Under the pieces are notes generated by a model that saw nothing but the letters and a program-made list of their open reading frames with translations, did not search any database and was not told where the DNA came from. DNA of 64,000 bases from Dehalococcoidia bacterium (GTDB taxonomy: Bacteria > Chloroflexota > Dehalococcoidia > Lucifugimonadales > Australimonadaceae): assembly GCA_034423175.1 (NCBI GenBank), contig DAOUJA010000034.1, positions 6,379 to 70,378 of the forward strand, written 5' to 3'. Position numbers and translations under genes: made by a program. Within the stretch, counting starts at the first letter, position 1. Every line of letters begins with the position of its first letter. Below, one piece after another: positions 58,758-64,000 of this stretch.

Positions 58758-60681
58758 TGCCCATTCCGCCTTGAGGATGGCGACCGAGGGCTTGCTGCAC
58801 CTCCAGGATGAGGATGGCAGCTTTGAGGGTGAAGTGGTGTGGTGCCCCATGCTCTCCGCGCAGTACGTGCTGCTGCACCATATCCTCGGCCGTCCGCTCG
58901 AGCCCGCCCGCCGCCGCGGCGTGTTGCGCTACTTCCAGCGGTCCCGCCTGGAAGGAGGCCTGTGGAGCCTCCACGAGCACGAACCGCCCAGCCTGTTCGT
59001 CACTGCACTGGTCTACGTCTCGGCCAGATTGCTCGGCGTCGAGCGGGAGGACCCGTTGATCGAACCGGCTCGGCGGTTCCTGCAGAAAGAGGGAGTCCTC
59101 GGGATCCCCACCTGGGGTAAGTTCTGGCTGGCGCTTCTCAATCTCTACGACTGGCGCGGCGTCAATGCCATCCTGCCGGAGGTGTGGGGCCTGCCCCGTT
59201 GGATGCCGTTGCATCCTTCGCATTGGTACTGCCATACGCGGCTCATCTACATGGGAATGGCATCCCTTTACGCGCATCGCTTCCAGGCGCCCGTAACGCC
59301 CCAGATCGCCTCCATAAGAGAAGAGCTGTACCCCCAGGGGTTTGCCGACGCCGATTTCGCTGCGAGCCGCAATCGCCTGCGCGACGCCGACCTGCACACC
59401 AGGCCAAGCGTGTGGCTCCGCGCCGGGTTCGGTCTCGCACGCCTCTTCGATCGGTTGCACAGCAAGCGCCTGCGCGCCCGCTACCTGGAGGCGATCGTCC
59501 GCAGCATCAGATGGGAGCTTCAGACCACCAACCATACGAGCATATCTCCCGTCAGCGGGATACTGAACATCCTTGTCCTGTGGCTGCGCGACCCCGAAGA
59601 TGCCGACGGACTCCGCGCCCTCGCACAGTTGGACCGCTGGATCTGGGAAGACGACGAGGGAGGGTTGCGCGTCTCCGGGGCCAGAAGCGCCTCCTGGGAT
59701 ACTGCCTTCGCCTTGCAAGCGCTGTCGACGGCGTCCGAACTCGACGGGGTCCGCGATGCGCTCCGCAGCGGGGCGAACTACCTTCGCGGACAGCAGATCG
59801 GCATCAGCTTCGAAGGGTATCGAGAGGCCTATCGGAACGACCCCAACGGCGGCTGGTGTTTCGCCGCGGGGTGGCACGGCTGGCCGGTGACCGACTGCAC
59901 CGCCGAGGCGGTCCTTGGGCTTCTCTCTGCCGACAGGGACGCAGCGGACGAGACGGCACTGGGCGACGCGGTCCGGTTCATGCTGCGGGGCCAGAATCGA
60001 GATGGCGGTTTCGGCACGTACGAAGCGCAGCGCAGCGTGGTTGGCCTCGAGTGGCTGAACCCGGCCGAGATGTTCGGGGACTCCATGACGGAGCACTCCT
60101 ATGTCGAGTGCACCGCCTCTTGTCTTGCGGCCCTGGCGGCTTGCGGAGAGCGCTTCCCCCGGGTCATCGGCCAGGCGGAAACCAGGGCCATCTCACGGGC
60201 CGACGCATGGCTACGCCGCGCCCAGGAGCGAGACGGCTCCTGGCGCGGGGTATGGGGCGTTCAGTTCATCTATGGCACGTTCTTCGGGATAAGGGGTCTG
60301 CTTGCCGCTGGCGCTCGTCCTGACGATCCAGCCCTGCGCTCGGCCTGCCAGTGGCTACTGGACCGTCAACGGGAAGACGGGGGATGGGGCGAGCACTACC
60401 GGGGTTGCTACACCGGCCGGTACGTCGCGCACGAAGAGGGCCAGGTCATCCAGACGGCGTGGGCAATGATCGCGCTCCTCGAGGCGGGCGCCACGGACTG
60501 GAACGCGATCACGCGGGGCGCTCAGTTCCTCGCAGGCATGCAGAGGGAGGACGGGACATGGCCCAGGCAGGACATGGCCGGGATATTCTTTCGCACCGCA
60601 CTCCTGGACTACGCGCTGTATCGCCAGTATTTTCCCCTGCATGCTCTCGGTCTCTACGCGCAGCGCCGCCTGGCAGACTAG
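58741..60681 (+). CDS. Oxidosqualene cyclase (lanosterol/cycloartenol synthase family)
   Basis: Catalytic motif WHGWPVTDCTAE (DCTAE, not the DxDDTA of squalene-hopene cyclases). QW-type repeats (RDGSWRGVWG, EDGGWGE, EDGTWPR). AGGAG lies before ATG 58741. It overlaps the epoxidase gene end. Confidence 0.88.
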   Translation: MPVHPDAHSALRMATEGLLHLQDEDGSFEGEVVWCPMLSAQYVLLHHILGRPLEPARRRGVLRYFQRSRLEGGLWSLHEHEPPSLFVTALVYVSARLLGVEREDPLIEPARRFLQKEGVLGIPTWGKFWLALLNLYDWRGVNAILPEVWGLPRWMPLHPSHWYCHTRLIYMGMASLYAHRFQAPVTPQIASIREELYPQGFADADFAASRNRLRDADLHTRPSVWLRAGFGLARLFDRLHSKRLRARYLEAIVRSIRWELQTTNHTSISPVSGILNILVLWLRDPEDADGLRALAQLDRWIWEDDEGGLRVSGARSASWDTAFALQALSTASELDGVRDALRSGANYLRGQQIGISFEGYREAYRNDPNGGWCFAAGWHGWPVTDCTAEAVLGLLSADRDAADETALGDAVRFMLRGQNRDGGFGTYEAQRSVVGLEWLNPAEMFGDSMTEHSYVECTASCLAALAACGERFPRVIGQAETRAISRADAWLRRAQERDGSWRGVWGVQFIYGTFFGIRGLLAAGARPDDPALRSACQWLLDRQREDGGWGEHYRGCYTGRYVAHEEGQVIQTAWAMIALLEAGATDWNAITRGAQFLAGMQREDGTWPRQDMAGIFFRTALLDYALYRQYFPLHALGLYAQRRLAD

Positions 60682-60693
60682 GCGCGGGCGGCC

Positions 60694-62730
60694 TCAAACC
60701 CGGACCTCATGCCGCCTTTCCTTGATGACGAACTTGACTTTCTTGCTGAGGGACAGCGTCGGAAAGGGGCTGATGCGCAGTCTGGCGTCCGGTGGCGACA
60801 GATCGAACGTGAAGTGGTGCGCCAGCATCAACACGTTGAGAGCGATGTGCATCTCGGCCCAGCGGCTGCCTATGCACTTGTGGGTGCCCAGGCCGAAGGG
60901 CGCATAGCCCGGACTGAAGTGCTCGTTGCGCGGCGGCAGATAGCGGTCGATGTCAAACGTGAAGGGGTCCGGAAAAGCGTCATCCATGTAGTGCGAGGCG
61001 CTCTGGGCGATCACCACACGCGCGCGCAGTGGGAGTTCATAGCCCTGGACGTTGCAGGTGTTCATGACATTGCGCATCGTGAAGGCGGTAATGGGTGTCA
61101 GCCGCAGGGCCTCCATCAGCACGCGGTGTGTGACGTCGATCCTGTCCGGCCTCAGGTCTTCACCGGCAGGGTCGCCATCGGCGAACAGTGCGTCGGCCTC
61201 CGCCTGCACACGCCTGTAGATGTCGGGGTTCGATGCCAGGTAGAAGAAGATGAAGCTGATCATGTCAGCGAGGTACATGCCGGTCAGCAGCGCGGTCCCG
61301 AGCGGAAAGCCGAAGTCGGTTTCCGGGAGGAACTGCGGGTCGTTGGCATGGAGGGCGAAGAAGCCGTCGACGACGTCCGGGGGGGCGCCGAGGCGCTGGG
61401 CCGGGGTGTGGTTGGCCTCGATGCGCTCGACTATCTGTTGGTTCAGCTTCGCACGGCGCTTCATCTTCGGCGTCTTCAACATGAACTTGGGTAAGAGGCC
61501 CGCGACGTGAGTGAGGAGCGCGCGCTCCTTGAATTGCAGGAGGTCTTCGACCACCTCCTGGGTCTCCTGGCTGACCAGGAGCGGGGACATCTGTGCATTC
61601 ATGTACAGCCGGAGCACCGACCTGGCATGGATGACGTCGCCGGCAGCCCACGACGACAAGTGCCGGCGCGCGTTGTGATAGACCTCGTCGAGGCGGCGGA
61701 CCAAGGTATCAGGCGAGTATGAGGACCTCAGAGCCTTGCGAAAGCGGAAATGGTCGGCGCCATCGGTGGAATGTATGGTGCGGGAGACGCCGTACGCCGC
61801 CTCGATGCTGGCCAGATACTCCTTGGAGCGCAGGTACAAGCGGCCATTCCGGTGGATCCAGCGGTTCACTTCGGTCCCGGCGAGGAAGATGTAGGACTTC
61901 TTCGAAAACGGGGGGCGCAGCTCAAACACCGGTCCATACTGCTTGGCGAGGTCGGCAAAGAGGGCCGGGAGGTTGCCGGACCTTACGTGGCGATTGAACA
62001 GCATCTTGCGTAGAGAGATGCGCGGGATCTTCTTCGTGAGGGGCGAGCGCCGCAGGTGGAACCCGGTGATGTTGCTACTCACCGCCTCGCTGATGGAGCG
62101 GGCGATGACGTCCATCTGGCAGACCAACTTGACGCGCTGCCCGGCCTCCTCGTCGAGGGGCAGGATAGAGTGAATGACATTGCAGGCGTTGAGGAGGGCG
62201 ATCGTAATGACGTCGCGGGGGTCAGGGATATCGCCCCCGAGGATGACGCCGTGGATGCGCGTTCTGATGAAGGCAACTCCGTCGCTGTTGCGGGCATCCG
62301 CGCGTGCCTCTATCTCATAAGCGGTGCGCGCCAAGGTCCAGAAGTCACCCTCGTGGTACTCCAGGAACTGGAGCCGGACCAGGTCGTTGAGCACGAGGTC
62401 GACGATCGTTTCCGCTTGTGGGACGAGCCGCTCGATCCAGTACTGCGTGCTGTGTTGTTCCGGCTCGCCGGCGATCTCCTCCAGGATGGGGTCCAGGATG
62501 GGTGAGCCGGTCGGAGTTCTGTCGTTGAGGAACAGGGATTCTGTGTCGGTGTCGATGCGAAATCGGAGGGAAAGTTCTGCCAGCACGGCCCCGATGATGG
62601 TGCAATTGAGGCTCCAGCCCGGCACCTGGTGAAAATAGCCGCTTTCCTCATTGAGGAGCATCAGCACCAGCTCTTCAGGCAGGGAGAGAGAATGGTGGTT
62701 GATCGTGCTCGAAGCTGAACTCGTCATCAC
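60694..62730 (-). CDS. Fusion protein: N-terminal GPP34/GOLPH3-like domain plus a cytochrome P450
   Basis: aa 15-215: LPEELVLMLLNEESGYF...IIGAVLAELSLRFRI...PILDPILEEI (GPP34 pattern). aa 250-678: P450 with ExxR (EALR) and heme loop FGLGTHKCIG. Confidence 0.88.
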   Translation of the reverse strand: MMTSSASSTINHHSLSLPEELVLMLLNEESGYFHQVPGWSLNCTIIGAVLAELSLRFRIDTDTESLFLNDRTPTGSPILDPILEEIAGEPEQHSTQYWIERLVPQAETIVDLVLNDLVRLQFLEYHEGDFWTLARTAYEIEARADARNSDGVAFIRTRIHGVILGGDIPDPRDVITIALLNACNVIHSILPLDEEAGQRVKLVCQMDVIARSISEAVSSNITGFHLRRSPLTKKIPRISLRKMLFNRHVRSGNLPALFADLAKQYGPVFELRPPFSKKSYIFLAGTEVNRWIHRNGRLYLRSKEYLASIEAAYGVSRTIHSTDGADHFRFRKALRSSYSPDTLVRRLDEVYHNARRHLSSWAAGDVIHARSVLRLYMNAQMSPLLVSQETQEVVEDLLQFKERALLTHVAGLLPKFMLKTPKMKRRAKLNQQIVERIEANHTPAQRLGAPPDVVDGFFALHANDPQFLPETDFGFPLGTALLTGMYLADMISFIFFYLASNPDIYRRVQAEADALFADGDPAGEDLRPDRIDVTHRVLMEALRLTPITAFTMRNVMNTCNVQGYELPLRARVVIAQSASHYMDDAFPDPFTFDIDRYLPPRNEHFSPGYAPFGLGTHKCIGSRWAEMHIALNVLMLAHHFTFDLSPPDARLRISPFPTLSLSKKVKFVIKERRHEVRV

Positions 62731-64000
62731 TACGACCCTTCCTGTTGCCGTCTGTATATCGCCTCGATTTCCTCGTCGAGCGTGATCGACCAGGTTTCCA
62801 CCATCGAGCGCAGCCGCATATTCTGGTACGCGCCCCAGATCGTCATAGCAGAGGGCACCAGCAGCACTGACAGGATCAGCGAATAGGCAATCGTAATCAC
62901 CACCGTGAAGCCGAACTGCTGTAGCGCAGGGACCGGCGAGAGGATCAACACGCCGATCCCGCCGCCCGTGGTCAGGGCAGAACCCAGGAGGGCAGAGCCG
63001 GTCGTTTTCAGGGTGCGGACCGCCGCTATCTGGGGATTGCGAAGGTGGCTGTACTCCTCCCGGTATCTATGGATGATATGTATCGTGTAATCCACGCCGA
63101 TCCCGATCGAGAGCGCCGTGATGGTTGCAGTTACGATGGTGTAGGGGATCCCGAGCAGCGCCAGCGTGCCGAGTATCCAGATCAGGACGAGCACGATAGG
63201 CCCGACGGCGATGAAGGCCAGCATCGGTTGACGGAGTGTCGCCCAGAAGAACACGAACAGGATGCCGAGGGCCACGGCGATCGTAGCCGCTATCGCTTCC
63301 GTTTGACGGCTCGTCATCTCTTCCGTCACCGTAACCGAGATAACGCTTCCCGAAGCAACCGTGACGGCATCATCTTCACCGAACCAGAGCCCTTCGATCT
63401 CTCCCTGCAGGACCTTCGTTTGATCCGGATCGTTCGTGGAGGCCGGGAACTGCAGCAGGAACGCATCGATGCCCTGCGGATCGTTGACCAGCAGACGCGC
63501 GGCGGCAGGGTCTCTCGCCTCGAGCCTGTCCAGGAATTCCTGCATCAGCACTGGATCGAAATGCACCCCGGACGTGGCTTCTTCGAAGAGCGCGGCGAGT
63601 TCCGGGTCATACTTATCCCCGGGCTCGCCGGAGTCGTCGGTCCAGTCCTGCACGAAGTACTCGAAAGAAGCCTGGATCGGTCCTGACGCCGCCTGCGGCC
63701 GTTTCCATTCGTCCTCGAAAGAGGTCGTCAGATCGTGCAGGCTCACCAGTGTCCGGGTCTCCGTGGCCTCTGCACGCAGGAGCACATTGGCGATCTCCGA
63801 TGAACCGCCGATGGCAGCATCCAGTGTCTCCCAGTCATCCGCGACGCTCCCGCCACTGGGAAGAAGGTCCAGTATGCTGAACCGCGCTTCGATCTGCGTC
63901 GCCGCGCCCCCCAGTACCATAGACAGCGCCAGTATGGCGACGAGATAGGGCATGGGTCTACGCGTGACGCTTCCCCCCACCAGTTCCGCGGCCCGGTCGA
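62730..64000 (-). CDS. MMPL/RND-family transporter (HpnN-like), C-terminal half; the gene continues past the window end
   Basis: TM segment, ~200-aa soluble loop, then 5 TM segments containing LSIGIGVDYTIHIIHRY. The frame is open to position 64000. Its stop overlaps the P450 start by 1 nt. Confidence 0.8.
   Translation of the reverse strand, partial: DRAAELVGGSVTRRPMPYLVAILALSMVLGGAATQIEARFSILDLLPSGGSVADDWETLDAAIGGSSEIANVLLRAEATETRTLVSLHDLTTSFEDEWKRPQAASGPIQASFEYFVQDWTDDSGEPGDKYDPELAALFEEATSGVHFDPVLMQEFLDRLEARDPAAARLLVNDPQGIDAFLLQFPASTNDPDQTKVLQGEIEGLWFGEDDAVTVASGSVISVTVTEEMTSRQTEAIAATIAVALGILFVFFWATLRQPMLAFIAVGPIVLVLIWILGTLALLGIPYTIVTATITALSIGIGVDYTIHIIHRYREEYSHLRNPQIAAVRTLKTTGSALLGSALTTGGGIGVLILSPVPALQQFGFTVVITIAYSLILSVLLVPSAMTIWGAYQNMRLRSMVETWSITLDEEIEAIYRRQQEGS

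Overview
High-GC bacterial chromosomal window (about 65-70% G+C by eye, not computed). I can support about 55 protein genes. I found no rRNA, tRNA, CRISPR array, transposase or integrase. Housekeeping genes are gyrA, thrB-lysC, rpmB, yloV/degV, yraN-rnhB-mnmA, rsfS, ndk and tsaB-tsaE-thiL. They are interleaved with transporters (3 MFS plus 1 partial MFS, an ABC-2 exporter, a cobalamin-riboswitch-controlled BtuFCD-type importer, a partial MMPL/RND), catabolic enzymes (amidase, split TPP decarboxylase, RidA, two amidohydrolase-2 genes, Rieske oxygenase, PrpD-like), two toxin-antitoxin pairs (HicAB, DUF433/DUF5615) and several lipoproteins with Pro/Thr-rich linkers. Intergenic DNA, and even two coding regions, are full of several families of palindromic REP/MITE-like repeats. 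These repeats, together with antisense reading of GC-rich genes, explain most of the long Arg/Pro/Gly-rich shadow ORFs in the six-frame track. The strongest second-look items are listed here. (1) A sterol-type locus at 57.3-64.0 kb: squalene epoxidase, an oxidosqualene cyclase with a DCTAE motif, an unusual GPP34(GOLPH3)-cytochrome P450 fusion, and an MMPL transporter. (2) A DUF3179 lipoprotein whose reading frame is interrupted by a single in-frame TGA exactly where the family has a conserved Cys, followed by a hairpin; this is a candidate UxxC selenoprotein. (3) A 1702-aa single-gene fusion of a DnaQ-like exonuclease, RecQ and UvrD, sitting in a lower-GC island bounded by repeat-dense DNA. 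(4) Conserved N-termini of rnhB, the DUF5615 gene and one MFS gene that lie upstream of any ATG/GTG/TTG but have a Shine-Dalgarno sequence correctly spaced from CTG or ATA. (5) An orphan phage terminase large subunit. All functional calls come from motif recognition by eye. No database search, HMM or RNA-folding program was run.
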